DNA of 64,000 bases, from IMG/VR virus record IMGVR_UViG_3300044878_000205, positions 1 through 64,000 of that record; one strand, written 5' to 3'. Below, in pieces: positions 35,370-44,869 of this stretch. Position 1 is the stretch's first letter, and each line of letters begins with the position of its first letter. Source of the stretch: a virus (taxonomy: Duplodnaviria; Caudoviricetes). The position numbers and the translations under genes are program-made. The notes beneath the pieces were generated by a model. The model worked only from the letters and a program-made list of their open reading frames with translations, did no database searches and had not been told where the DNA came from.

Positions 35370-37077
35370 TGATCCGGCCACCCAGTACGCGCTGGAGGTC
35401 GACTCGGGCGCTCGAATTGCCGGCCCCGATATCCGTAACGCCTGTGCCCGCCACCTGCGGGATTTGAAGGACGGCCCCAAGCGTGGGCTGCTGTGGGACG
35501 TGGAGGCGGCCAACAAGGCCATCCGCTTTTACCGCCAGGTACTCAAGCTCAACGGCGGCGAGTACGAGGGTCAGCCTTTCGAGCTGCTGGCCTGGCAAAA
35601 ATTCATCGTCGGCAGCCTGTTCGGCTGGAAAGGCAAGGACGGCTATCGGCGCTTTCGCGTGGCCTATGTCGAGACCGGCAAGGGTTCTGGCAAATCGCCG
35701 CTGGCCGCCGGCGTCGGCCTCACGGGCGTGCTCGCCGATGGTGAGGCGCGCGCCGAGGTGTATGCGGCGGCGACCAAAAAAGACCAGGCGATGATCCTGT
35801 TTCGCGATGCCGTGGCCATGGTCCAGCAGTCGCCGGAACTGTCCAAGCGCCTGACCACCAGCGGCACCGGGCTGAACATCTGGAACCTGGCCTACCTGAA
35901 GAACGGCTCGTTTTTCCGGCCGATCAGTTCCGACGATGGCCAGTCCGGGCCGCGGCCGCACATGGCCTTGATCGATGAGGTGCATGAGCACAAGACCAAC
36001 CACGTCGTGGAGATGATGCGTGCGGGCACCAAGAGCCGCAAACAAGCGCTGATTTTCATGATCACCAACAGCGGCTCGAACAAGCTCGGTCCGTGCTGGG
36101 GTTATCACGAGTACGGCTCGCGGGTCGCCGCCGGTGAGCTGGTCGATGATGGTTTCTTTGCCTTCATCTGTTCGCTGGATGAAGGCGACGATCCGATCCG
36201 CGACGAGGGCTGTTGGTTCAAGTCCAACCCATCGCTGCAGGATGCCGATCTGCCGGGCATGAAGTACTTGCGCGAGCAGGTCACCGAGGCCCGCGGCATG
36301 CCCTCGAAAGAGGCCATGGTGCGGCGCTTGAACTTCTGCGAATGGACCGGCGCCGAGGCGCCGTGGATCAGCGCTGACGTGTGGAAGGGCGCCAAGCGTG
36401 ACTTCGATTGGGAGTCGCTGCGCGGTCGCCGCGCCTATGCCGGCCTCGACTTGTCCAGTACGCAGGATTTGACCGGCCTGGTGTTCCTGGTCGAGCCGCT
36501 GCGCGAGGGCGAGCCGTGGCTGTTGGTGCCGTTCGCCTGGCTGCCGGATGACGACCTGGAGCGCAAAGGCGAACAGGACCGGGTGCCGTATGTGGAATGG
36601 CGCGACGCCGGGTTCCTCAACACCACGCCGGGCAAGGCCGTCAGTAAGCGCATGGTGCTGCAGCGTCTGTCGGCGCTGTGCGAGTTCTTCGACGTGGCGG
36701 CGGTCGCTTATGACCGCTGGCGGATCGAGGACTTGAAGTCGATGGCCGCTGACGAGGGCATCACCTTGCCGCCCATGGTGCCGTTCGGCCAGGGCTACAA
36801 GGACATGTCGCCGGCGGTGGAGCGCTTCGAGGAGCTGTTGCTCAACGGCGAAATCGTCCACGCCGGGCACCCGGTGATGAACTGGAACGCCAACAACGCG
36901 GTAACCACGTCCGACGATGCCAACAACCGTAAGCCTTCCAAGGAAAAAGCCATTGGCCGCATCGACTTGATTGTCGCCGCGATCATGGCCTGTGGCATCT
37001 CGGCCAAGGAAGACGAAAAACCGCCGGACACCAGCCTTTCCGACCACCTCGAAAAACACGGGATACGGACGCTCTGA
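35329..37077 (+). CDS. Terminase large subunit
   Basis: GKGSGKS Walker A, LIDEVH Walker B, GLDLS...D and RIDLIVA nuclease motifs. Confidence 0.96.
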   Translation: MTTKKTRSRTSSPDDPATQYALEVDSGARIAGPDIRNACARHLRDLKDGPKRGLLWDVEAANKAIRFYRQVLKLNGGEYEGQPFELLAWQKFIVGSLFGWKGKDGYRRFRVAYVETGKGSGKSPLAAGVGLTGVLADGEARAEVYAAATKKDQAMILFRDAVAMVQQSPELSKRLTTSGTGLNIWNLAYLKNGSFFRPISSDDGQSGPRPHMALIDEVHEHKTNHVVEMMRAGTKSRKQALIFMITNSGSNKLGPCWGYHEYGSRVAAGELVDDGFFAFICSLDEGDDPIRDEGCWFKSNPSLQDADLPGMKYLREQVTEARGMPSKEAMVRRLNFCEWTGAEAPWISADVWKGAKRDFDWESLRGRRAYAGLDLSSTQDLTGLVFLVEPLREGEPWLLVPFAWLPDDDLERKGEQDRVPYVEWRDAGFLNTTPGKAVSKRMVLQRLSALCEFFDVAAVAYDRWRIEDLKSMAADEGITLPPMVPFGQGYKDMSPAVERFEELLLNGEIVHAGHPVMNWNANNAVTTSDDANNRKPSKEKAIGRIDLIVAAIMACGISAKEDEKPPDTSLSDHLEKHGIRTL

Positions 37078-38300
37078 TGAAAGTATTAAAGAAACTCGGC
37101 CAGTTGATGGGCCGCAAGAGCGATCCCCTGGTCATCGACACGCCGGAAAAATTGGCGCGCGCCCTGGGGATCGGCTACGACAGCACCGCCGGGCAGATGG
37201 TCACCACCACCAGCGCCATGCAGCAGACGGCGGTGTTCAACTGCGTGCGGGTGCTGGCCGAATCGGTGGGCATGCTGCCCTGCCGGCTGTTCAAGAAGTC
37301 CGGCCGCGACTTGCTGCCGGCCACCGATCACCGGCTGCATGAGCTGTTGACCATCGCACCGAATGACTACATGACCGCCCAGGAGTTTTGGGAGCTGCTG
37401 GTGGCCTGCCTGTGCCTGCGCGGCAACTTCTTTGCCTACAAGGTCGTGGCCCTGGGCAACGTGGTCGAGCTGCTGCCGCTCAACCCGTCGATTGTCACGC
37501 CCAAGCTCAAGGACGATTGGACGGTCGAGTACAAAGTCGACTTTGCCGACGGCACCCGCTATCTGTCCCAGGATGAAATCTGGCATGTGCGCCTGTTCAC
37601 CCTGGACGGTCTCAACGGTCTGAATCCGATTGCCTATGCCCGGCAAGCCCTGGGCTTGGGGCAGGCGATGGAGGCGCACGCGGCGAAGTTGTTCACCAAC
37701 GGCGCGGTCACCTCCGGCGTGTTGTCCACCGAGCAGGCGTTGAGCGACGAAGCCTTCGGGCGGTTGAAGACGCAGTTCCAGGGCGAGCACATGGGCGTGG
37801 CCAACGCCTATAAGCCGATGATCCTGGAGATGGGCCTGAACTGGAAACCGATCAGCCTCAATGCCCAGGACACGCAGTTCATCGAATCCAGGCGCCTGAG
37901 CGAGTCGCAGATCTGCGGCCTGTTTCGCGTGCCGCCGCACCTGGTGGCGAACCTGGAAAAGATGACCCTGAGCAACGTCGAAAACATGGGCATGAGCTTC
38001 GTCAATTACTCGTTGGTGCCCTACCTGACCCGCATCGAACACCGCATTCAAGTCGGCCTGCTGAAGAAGTCTGAGCGAATTAGCTATTTCGCGAAGTTCA
38101 ACGCCGGCGCGCTGATGCGTGGCGACCTCAAGGGCCGCTACGAATCCTACGGCAAGGGCATTCAGTGGGGGATTTTGAGCCCCAACGATTGCCGCGAACT
38201 GGAAGACCTCAACCCCCGCGAGGGCGGCGATATCTACCTGACCCCGATGAACATGACCACCAACCCCGAGGCGGACGATGCAAACAAAACAAAGACGTGA
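37077..38300 (+). CDS. HK97-family portal protein
   Basis: AVFNCVRVLAE, PNDYMT, F.VPPH and GILSPND.R.LE motifs. Confidence 0.96.
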   Translation: MKVLKKLGQLMGRKSDPLVIDTPEKLARALGIGYDSTAGQMVTTTSAMQQTAVFNCVRVLAESVGMLPCRLFKKSGRDLLPATDHRLHELLTIAPNDYMTAQEFWELLVACLCLRGNFFAYKVVALGNVVELLPLNPSIVTPKLKDDWTVEYKVDFADGTRYLSQDEIWHVRLFTLDGLNGLNPIAYARQALGLGQAMEAHAAKLFTNGAVTSGVLSTEQALSDEAFGRLKTQFQGEHMGVANAYKPMILEMGLNWKPISLNAQDTQFIESRRLSESQICGLFRVPPHLVANLEKMTLSNVENMGMSFVNYSLVPYLTRIEHRIQVGLLKKSERISYFAKFNAGALMRGDLKGRYESYGKGIQWGILSPNDCRELEDLNPREGGDIYLTPMNMTTNPEADDANKTKT

Positions 38301-38937
38301 CCTGCCGCTGACGCTTAAGTCGGTCAGCGAGACGGGCGAGTTTGAAGGCTATGGCTCGGTGTTCGGGGTCAAGGATGCCCACTCGGACATCATCGTACCG
38401 GGTGCCTTCCAGAAGTCCTTGGCGGCCTGGGCTTTGAAGGGCCGCTTTCCGGCAATGCTCTGGCAGCACCGCATGGACGAGCCCATCGGCATTTACACCG
38501 AGATGCGCGAGGACGACGTCGGCCTCTACGTCAAGGGGCGGCTGTTGATCGACGCTGATCCGCTGGCCAAACGTGCGCATGCGCACATGAAGGCCGGCAG
38601 CCTGACCGGTCTGTCGATTGGCTACATCCTCGCGGACAACGGCTACGAATACGACAAGGACAAGGGCGCCTGGCTGCTCAAGGAAATTGACCTGTGGGAA
38701 GTCTCCCCGGTGACCTTCCCGTCCAACGACGAGGCGCGTATTGCCGACGTGAAATCACTGCTGGCGCGCGGGGAAACGCCGCCGCCGAGCAAGGTCGAGA
38801 AAGCCCTGCGTGAAGTGGGGTTCTCGGGTTCCCAGGCCAAGGCCTTTATGGCCAAAGGCTACAGCGCCATTGGCCCGCGAGAGGCGGGGCAGGATCAAGC
38901 GCTGGACTCCGTTAAATCACTTATTTCCCGAATCTGA
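38278..38937 (+). CDS. Prohead protease (copy 2)
   Basis: Homologue of 163..822. Confidence 0.95.
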   Translation: MQTKQRRDLPLTLKSVSETGEFEGYGSVFGVKDAHSDIIVPGAFQKSLAAWALKGRFPAMLWQHRMDEPIGIYTEMREDDVGLYVKGRLLIDADPLAKRAHAHMKAGSLTGLSIGYILADNGYEYDKDKGAWLLKEIDLWEVSPVTFPSNDEARIADVKSLLARGETPPPSKVEKALREVGFSGSQAKAFMAKGYSAIGPREAGQDQALDSVKSLISRI

Positions 38938-38948
38938 AGGAGCCTCTC

Positions 38949-40154
38949 ATGGCTGTTGAATTAAAAGATGTGCAGGACGTGGCCGAAGCCCTCGGCAAAA
39001 AGTTTGACGAGTTCAAAGAGCGCAACGACAAGCGTGTCGACGCGCTGGAAGCGGAAAAGGGCAAACTCTCCGGTCAGGTCGAGACCCTCAACGGCAAGTT
39101 GACCGAGCTGGACGAGTTGAAGTCCAACCTGGAGAAGGAGCTGCTGGAGCTCAAACGTCCAGGTGGCGGCGGTAACAACAAGGCGGTGTCTGAGCACAAG
39201 GCAGCGTTCCTGTCGTTCGTGCGCAAGGGTAAAGAAGACGGCCTCGCCGAGCTGCAGCAGAAGGCCCTGCAGACCACCGTCGATGCCGACGGCGGTTTTG
39301 CCGTGCCGGAAGAGCTGGACCGCAACATCCTCACCCTGCTGAAAGACGTATCGCCGATGCGCCAAGTCTGTGGGCAGATGACCATCGGTACCGCGGACTA
39401 TAAAAAACTGGTCAGCCAAGGCGGTGCTGGTTCCGGCTGGGTCGGCGAAACGGACGCACGCCCAGAAACCGGCACTCCGACCCTGGCACAGATCGCGGCG
39501 TTTATGGGCGAGATTTATGCCAACCCGAAAGCGACCCAGACCAGCCTCGACGACCTGTTCTTCGATGCCGAGGCCTGGCTCAACGGCGAAGTGGCCCGCG
39601 AGTTTTCCGAGCGCGAAGGCGCCGCCTTCCTCACCGGTGACGGCACCCTCAAACCGAAAGGTTTGCTGGCCTACACCATGGCCTTGACCGACGACAAGAC
39701 CCGCGCCTTCGGCCAGCTGCAGAAGATCAAATCGGGCACTGCCGGCGACTTTGACGCCGATGACCTGCTCAAACTGGTGTACAGCCTGAAGGCCGGCTAT
39801 CGCCCTGGTGCGAATTGGATGATGCCAACCATGACCCTGTTCAAGGTGCGCACCTTCAAGGACGCCACCAGCGGCGCCTATATCTGGCAGCCGGGTCTGC
39901 AGGCCGGTCAGCCGTCGAGCCTGCTCGGCTACGGCATCGCCGAAAACGAGGACATGCCAGCGGTGGCGGCGGATGCTAACGCGGTGGTGTTTGCCGACTT
40001 CAAACGCGCCTACACCATTGTCGACCGCCTCGGCACCCGCGTGCTGCGTGACCCGTACACCAACAAGCCGAACGTCAGCTTCTACACCACCAAGCGCGTC
40101 GGCGGCATGCTGACCGACTCGTGTGCGGCCAAGGTGCTGACCCTCAGCGTGTAA
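38949..40154 (+). CDS. Major capsid protein (copy 2)
   Basis: Homologue of 834..2039, same length. Confidence 0.96.
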   Translation: MAVELKDVQDVAEALGKKFDEFKERNDKRVDALEAEKGKLSGQVETLNGKLTELDELKSNLEKELLELKRPGGGGNNKAVSEHKAAFLSFVRKGKEDGLAELQQKALQTTVDADGGFAVPEELDRNILTLLKDVSPMRQVCGQMTIGTADYKKLVSQGGAGSGWVGETDARPETGTPTLAQIAAFMGEIYANPKATQTSLDDLFFDAEAWLNGEVAREFSEREGAAFLTGDGTLKPKGLLAYTMALTDDKTRAFGQLQKIKSGTAGDFDADDLLKLVYSLKAGYRPGANWMMPTMTLFKVRTFKDATSGAYIWQPGLQAGQPSSLLGYGIAENEDMPAVAADANAVVFADFKRAYTIVDRLGTRVLRDPYTNKPNVSFYTTKRVGGMLTDSCAAKVLTLSV

Positions 40155-40202
40155 CCGCCCAGGGCACCCTGCGGGGTGCCCTGGCTTCAAGGAGGTAGGG
40201 TT

Positions 40203-40442
40203 ATGCCAAGAATTCTAGTCACCGCGGCCTTCAAGTTCGCGGTCGATGGCCTGCATGTGATCGAGGTCGAGCCGGGCGAGCAGGACGTGTCCGAGCGCTG
40301 CGCCGAAGTGGCGGTGGACCACCTCAAGGTGGCGAGTCGTTTGGATGGCTCTGCGCCCGTCAAGCCGGCGATCCCGCCCAAGCCTGTGGCTAAGCCGAAG
40401 ACTGCCGCCAAACCCAAGGCGAACGCCGGGGGCGCGGCATGA
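40203..40442 (+). CDS. Small post-capsid protein (copy 2, 79 aa)
   Basis: Homologue of 2088..2459, 44 aa shorter. Confidence 0.75.
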   Translation: MPRILVTAAFKFAVDGLHVIEVEPGEQDVSERCAEVAVDHLKVASRLDGSAPVKPAIPPKPVAKPKTAAKPKANAGGAA

Positions 40443-40753
40443 TCGATCTGGCCAAGGTGAAGTTGCACCTGCGGGTCGATGTGGCGGATGAAGATGAGCT
40501 GCTGCAGGACTACATCGACGCGGCGATCAGTTCGTTCCAGACCTGGTGCAACCGCACCTTGGTCGCGCCGGGCGAGGCGTTGCCGGAGCCGCTGGGCAAT
40601 GCCCTGGTACTGAGCAAGAGCATTGCCCAGGGCGCGCTGTTGTTGATCGGGCATTGGTACGCCAATCGTGAATCCTCGGTGCTCGGGGTGGCCGCGGAGC
40701 TGCCGCTGTCCACCCAGGCGTTGTGGCGTCCGCACCGTTGGATGAACATCTGA
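40439..40753 (+). CDS. Head-tail connector (copy 2)
   Basis: Homologue of 2456..2770. Confidence 0.9.
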   Translation: MIDLAKVKLHLRVDVADEDELLQDYIDAAISSFQTWCNRTLVAPGEALPEPLGNALVLSKSIAQGALLLIGHWYANRESSVLGVAAELPLSTQALWRPHRWMNI

Positions 40754-40765
40754 TAAGGAGAGGCC

Positions 40766-41173
40766 ATGGCCTATCGAGAACCGGCGGCCGGCGATCTGAC
40801 CCGGCGGGTCGCCATCCGCCTGCGCACCGATATCCCGGCCGACGACATGGGCGTGGACTCGGAGTTTTCCGAGATCAAACCGCGTTGGGCCAAGATTGAA
40901 CCGGTCGGCACCGGCGTGTATTCGGCCGGGGTGCAGACCGGCAACAAGGTCACGCACCGGATCTGGATCAGGGCACTGCCGGGCGTCACCGAGGCGCATG
41001 AAGTGGTGCACGTCACGCACCTGCCCGGCGCTCCGGTGTATTCGGTGGTCGAGGGTTCGCCGATCTACCGGATCAAACGTAATGCCGACTTGAACGGTGG
41101 CCGGCGTTTCACCCTGCTCGAGGTCGAGGAGCTGGGAGCGACTCAAGCGGGGTTAAACATCTATGGCGAGTAG
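40766..41173 (+). CDS. Head-tail adaptor (copy 2)
   Basis: Homologue of 2783..3190. Confidence 0.85.
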   Translation: MAYREPAAGDLTRRVAIRLRTDIPADDMGVDSEFSEIKPRWAKIEPVGTGVYSAGVQTGNKVTHRIWIRALPGVTEAHEVVHVTHLPGAPVYSVVEGSPIYRIKRNADLNGGRRFTLLEVEELGATQAGLNIYGE

Positions 41174-41681
41174 TCCAGCGGCATACCTGCACTTTGGCGA
41201 GTTTGACTCCTACGGCAAGCTCGACTTCGACAAAAAAGCTATCCGCAAGGGCATGCGCCTGGTCGGTGCCCTGGTGCGCCGGGAAGCCCGCGCCCTGGTC
41301 AACAAGCATGAGCCTTCGGCGGGTGGCGAGTATCCCGCGCGCGCCGCGGGCCTGCTGTACCGCTCGATCCGCGCCAAGGTCAGCCGGCCGGGGTTTCTGG
41401 TCAAGATCGCCCCGCAAAAGATCGCCGGCATGAAGGACTTCTACCCGGCGTACCTGCATTACGGGGTCAAGCAGGGCGGGCGTTTGAAGTCGCTGAACCC
41501 CGACAAGATCAAAGGTCGTGGCCGCCGCGGTCGGGGTGTCCGGGCCGCCGCCCTGGCCGCACGGGCCGCCGGCGCCTGGAAGCTGGAGCCGCGTAAAAAC
41601 TTCATGGCCGATGCCTTGGAGAGCAGCACGGACCGGGTCCAGCAGATCCTCCGACAAGCGTTCGCCGACTCGCTGAAGTGA
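41163..41681 (+). CDS. Neck/tail completion protein (copy 2)
   Basis: Homologue of 3180..3698. Confidence 0.7.
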   Translation: MASSPAAYLHFGEFDSYGKLDFDKKAIRKGMRLVGALVRREARALVNKHEPSAGGEYPARAAGLLYRSIRAKVSRPGFLVKIAPQKIAGMKDFYPAYLHYGVKQGGRLKSLNPDKIKGRGRRGRGVRAAALAARAAGAWKLEPRKNFMADALESSTDRVQQILRQAFADSLK

Positions 41682-41738
41682 GCGGTGTGGGTGTGTGATG
41701 CCCGCTTCGGCGGGTTTTTTTTCGCCTGGACATAACCG

Positions 41739-42347
41739 ATGAAAATTACGCCTGTCGTGGCGCACCTGCGCCAGTACTGCCCGAGCTTCCAAGACCGTGT
41801 GGTCGGGGGCATTGATTTCGAGGCGGTGGCCAACAGCACCAAGCTGAGCCGGCCGTCCGCCTATGTGATTGCCACCGGTGATGTGGCCCGCAAAAACCAG
41901 ATGCAGAACGCGGCGCAGCAAGTCATCCGCGATGACTTTGACGTGGTCCTGGTGCTCGACACCCAGGACGAGCGCGGCCAGGAAGCGGTCGACCTGCTGC
42001 ACGACCTGCGTGCCGAGTTGTGGCGTGCCCTGGTCGGCTGGACGCCCGGCCCGGAGTACGACCCCATCGAATACGCCGGCGGCGAGGCGGTGGCGATCAA
42101 CCGCGCGCGGGTGCTCTACCGCTTCAGCTTCACCGCCGAGTTCCAGCTGGGGCGCAACCGGCAGAGCGAGCCGGCCGAGACCTGGGTCGAGCATGAGCTG
42201 GACGGCCTGCCGCCGCTGGTGGGCCTTGACGTCCGCGTGGACTTCATCGACCCGGCTGATCCCAACCTGTCGCAACCTGGCCCCGATGGCCGGGTCGAGG
42301 CGACTTTCTCCGTTGAACTACCGCAACCCACTGAGGACTCTCCATGA
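41739..42347 (+). CDS. Tail terminator-like protein (copy 2)
   Basis: Homologue of 3756..4364. Confidence 0.65.
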   Translation: MKITPVVAHLRQYCPSFQDRVVGGIDFEAVANSTKLSRPSAYVIATGDVARKNQMQNAAQQVIRDDFDVVLVLDTQDERGQEAVDLLHDLRAELWRALVGWTPGPEYDPIEYAGGEAVAINRARVLYRFSFTAEFQLGRNRQSEPAETWVEHELDGLPPLVGLDVRVDFIDPADPNLSQPGPDGRVEATFSVELPQPTEDSP

Positions 42348-42553
42348 GCCGCATGACTGTGTACCCCGCCGCGGGCCGGGTGGTGCCCGACCCTGAAGCC
42401 GGCGGCAACTTGCCCGCGGAGGGACGTGACGTCCCGCGTGACGCTTATTGGCTGCGCCGCCTGCAGGATCAGGACGTCACCCTCGACGCGCCGAAGCAGG
42501 CCAAGGCCACCCCTAAAACCCCGGCTTCGGCCACCCCTGGGAGCGCTGAATAA
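42344..42553 (+). CDS. DUF2635-like protein (copy 2)
   Basis: Homologue of 4361..4570. Confidence 0.8.
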   Translation: MSRMTVYPAAGRVVPDPEAGGNLPAEGRDVPRDAYWLRRLQDQDVTLDAPKQAKATPKTPASATPGSAE

Positions 42554-44037
42554 TGCCGGTCAATTTCAATTCCATCCCCAGCGATCTGCGCGTGCCGCTG
42601 TTCTACGCCGAGGTCGACAATTCGCAGGCCAACAGCGGCGGTTCGCGCATGCCGCGGCTGATCGTGGCGCAGGTCAACGACGACGCCACCGCGGCGGAAA
42701 TTGGCCAGCTCACCCTGGTATCGAGCCTGGGCCTGGCCAAGAGCATCGGCGGCATCGGCTCGATGCTCGCGCAGATGTACGACACCTGGCGCCGTAGCGA
42801 TCCGGCGGGCGAGGTCTGGTGCCTGCCGCTCAAGGGCACCGGCGTCAAGGCGTCCGGTACCGTGACGCTCACCGGCACGGCCACCGCCGGTGGCGAGCTG
42901 AACCTGTATGTCGGTGGCAGCCGTGTGCGCGCGACCGTGACCAAAGGCGCCACCCCGACGGCCGCGGCCGCGGCGTTGGCGGCGGCAGTGAATGCTGCCG
43001 GGCTGCCGGTGACGGCCGTGGCGGCCGTCGGCGTGGTGACCCTGACCTGTAAATGGTCTGGCCTGAGCGGTAACGACCTGGCGCTGCAACTCAATCGTTT
43101 GGGCCGTAACAACGGCGAGGCCACCCCCGCCGGGCTGACCGCCGTGGTGGCGCCGATGACTGGCGGCGTGGGCACGCCCGACGTCGCGGTGGCCTTGGCC
43201 AGCCTCGGCGACGAGCCGTTCGAGTTCATCTGTGCGCCGTGGGCCGATGCCACCTCGCTGGACGCTTGGAAAGCCTTCATGGACGACTCCAGCGGCCGCT
43301 GGAGCTGGGCCAAGCAGCTTTATGGGCATGTCTACACCGCCCAGCGCGGCACCCTCGGCGAACTGGTGGCGTTGAGCGCGACGCGCAACGATCAGCACGC
43401 CACCATTCACGGCTTTGAAGCGAGCTGCCCTGATCCGGTGTGGAACGTGGCGGCGGCCTATGCGGCGCGCACGGCGGTGTTCATCTCGGCGGACCCGGCG
43501 CGGCCGACGCAAACTGGCGAGCTGGCGGGTATCACCCCGGCCCCGGCCGGTGCGCGCTTCACCTTGACCGAGCGCCAGTCGTTGTTGAGCCGCGGCATTG
43601 CCACGGCCTACTTCGGTGGCGGCGCGCAGCGCATCGAGCGGGCGATCACCAGTTATCAGTTCAACGCCTTCGGCCAGGCGGATGACTCCTACCTGGACAG
43701 CGAGACGCTGCACCAGTCGGCGTTTGTGATTGGCACCCTGAAGTCGCGGGTCACCAGCAAGTACGGCCGGCACAAGCTGGCCAATGACGGCACGCGCTTC
43801 GGCGCTGGCCAGGCCATCGTCACGCCGAACGTGATTCGCGCGGAAATGATCGCCGGCTACTACGCGCTGGAGCAGCTGGGCATCGTGGAAAATGCCGACG
43901 CCTTCGCGGCGCACCTGATCGTCGAGCGTTCGAGCACCAACCCGAACCGGGTGAACATCTTGTATCCGCCGGACCTGGTCAATCAGCTGCGGATCTTCGC
44001 GCTGCAGTACCAGTTCCGCCTGCAGTACGCGGTCTGA
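42553..44037 (+). CDS. Tail sheath (copy 2)
   Basis: Homologue of 4570..6054. Confidence 0.95.
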   Translation: MPVNFNSIPSDLRVPLFYAEVDNSQANSGGSRMPRLIVAQVNDDATAAEIGQLTLVSSLGLAKSIGGIGSMLAQMYDTWRRSDPAGEVWCLPLKGTGVKASGTVTLTGTATAGGELNLYVGGSRVRATVTKGATPTAAAAALAAAVNAAGLPVTAVAAVGVVTLTCKWSGLSGNDLALQLNRLGRNNGEATPAGLTAVVAPMTGGVGTPDVAVALASLGDEPFEFICAPWADATSLDAWKAFMDDSSGRWSWAKQLYGHVYTAQRGTLGELVALSATRNDQHATIHGFEASCPDPVWNVAAAYAARTAVFISADPARPTQTGELAGITPAPAGARFTLTERQSLLSRGIATAYFGGGAQRIERAITSYQFNAFGQADDSYLDSETLHQSAFVIGTLKSRVTSKYGRHKLANDGTRFGAGQAIVTPNVIRAEMIAGYYALEQLGIVENADAFAAHLIVERSSTNPNRVNILYPPDLVNQLRIFALQYQFRLQYAV

Positions 44038-44091
44038 ATTCACCCCCGTTCATAGCCCGCCGCGTGCGGGCTTTTTTGTAGGAGAGAGGCC

Positions 44092-44439
44092 ATGGGCCAG
44101 AAAGTTGCGGGCACCGTCTACATCAAGGCAGACGGCGTTCAGTTCACCGTTACCGGCGGTGTGGAAGTGCCGCTGAGTGACGTCAAGCGCGAAACCGTGG
44201 CGCCGGGCTTTTTCAAGGAAGAGGACCTGCCGGCGTTTGTGAAGGCCACCGTGGTGGATTCGCCGGACCTGCCGATCAAGCAAATCATGGCGGCCACCGA
44301 CCAGACGATCACCGTCGAGTTCAAGAACGGCCGGGTCTACGTGCTGGCCGGTGGTTATGTGGTGGACGAGCCGACGTCCAAGGGCGATGACGGCACCATC
44401 GACATTCAGTGGGATGGCAACAAAGGGGGCTTCCAATGA
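44092..44439 (+). CDS. Tail tube (copy 2)
   Basis: Homologue of 6110..6457. Confidence 0.9.
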   Translation: MGQKVAGTVYIKADGVQFTVTGGVEVPLSDVKRETVAPGFFKEEDLPAFVKATVVDSPDLPIKQIMAATDQTITVEFKNGRVYVLAGGYVVDEPTSKGDDGTIDIQWDGNKGGFQ

Positions 44440-44738
44440 GCCAAGTGACGACCTACAAACTGGCCGCGCCGATTCAGGCGCATGACCAGGAAGTGCTGGA
44501 GCTGACCCTGCGCCGGCCGACCGTGGCCGAGGTCCGCGCGATCAAGGCGTTGCCGTACAAAATCGACAAAAACGAGGACGTCTCGCTCGACCTGGACGTG
44601 TCGGCCAAGTACATCGCGATCTGTGCCGGCATTCCTTCGCCGTCGGTCAACCAGCTGGACCTGGCGGACCTGAACAAACTGGCGTGGGCGGTTTCGGGTT
44701 TTTTCATGACTGCGGCATCGGTGAAGTCGACGACCTGA
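44436..44738 (+). CDS. Tail assembly chaperone (copy 2); -1 frameshift at 44696-44702 extends it to 44866
   Basis: G GGT TTT conserved; -1 frame ORF 44684..44866. Confidence 0.85.
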   Translation: MSQVTTYKLAAPIQAHDQEVLELTLRRPTVAEVRAIKALPYKIDKNEDVSLDLDVSAKYIAICAGIPSPSVNQLDLADLNKLAWAVSGFFMTAASVKSTT

Positions 44739-44869
44739 TTGCCGTGGTCTATGACCTGGCCTTTTTCTGGAAGGTTGGACCCGAACAGATGATGGTGCTG
44801 CCGCTGGATACGTTCGCCGAATCGCTGGCGAACGCCCAGCGCATTAATCAAGTTCAGCAGGGGTAGGGT

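Noticed and set aside
33577-37059. Long antisense ORFs (e.g. 33577..34908, 35308..37059, 4486..6132, 42469..44043)
   Set aside because: Shadows of GC-rich real genes on the opposite strand, without recognisable motifs.
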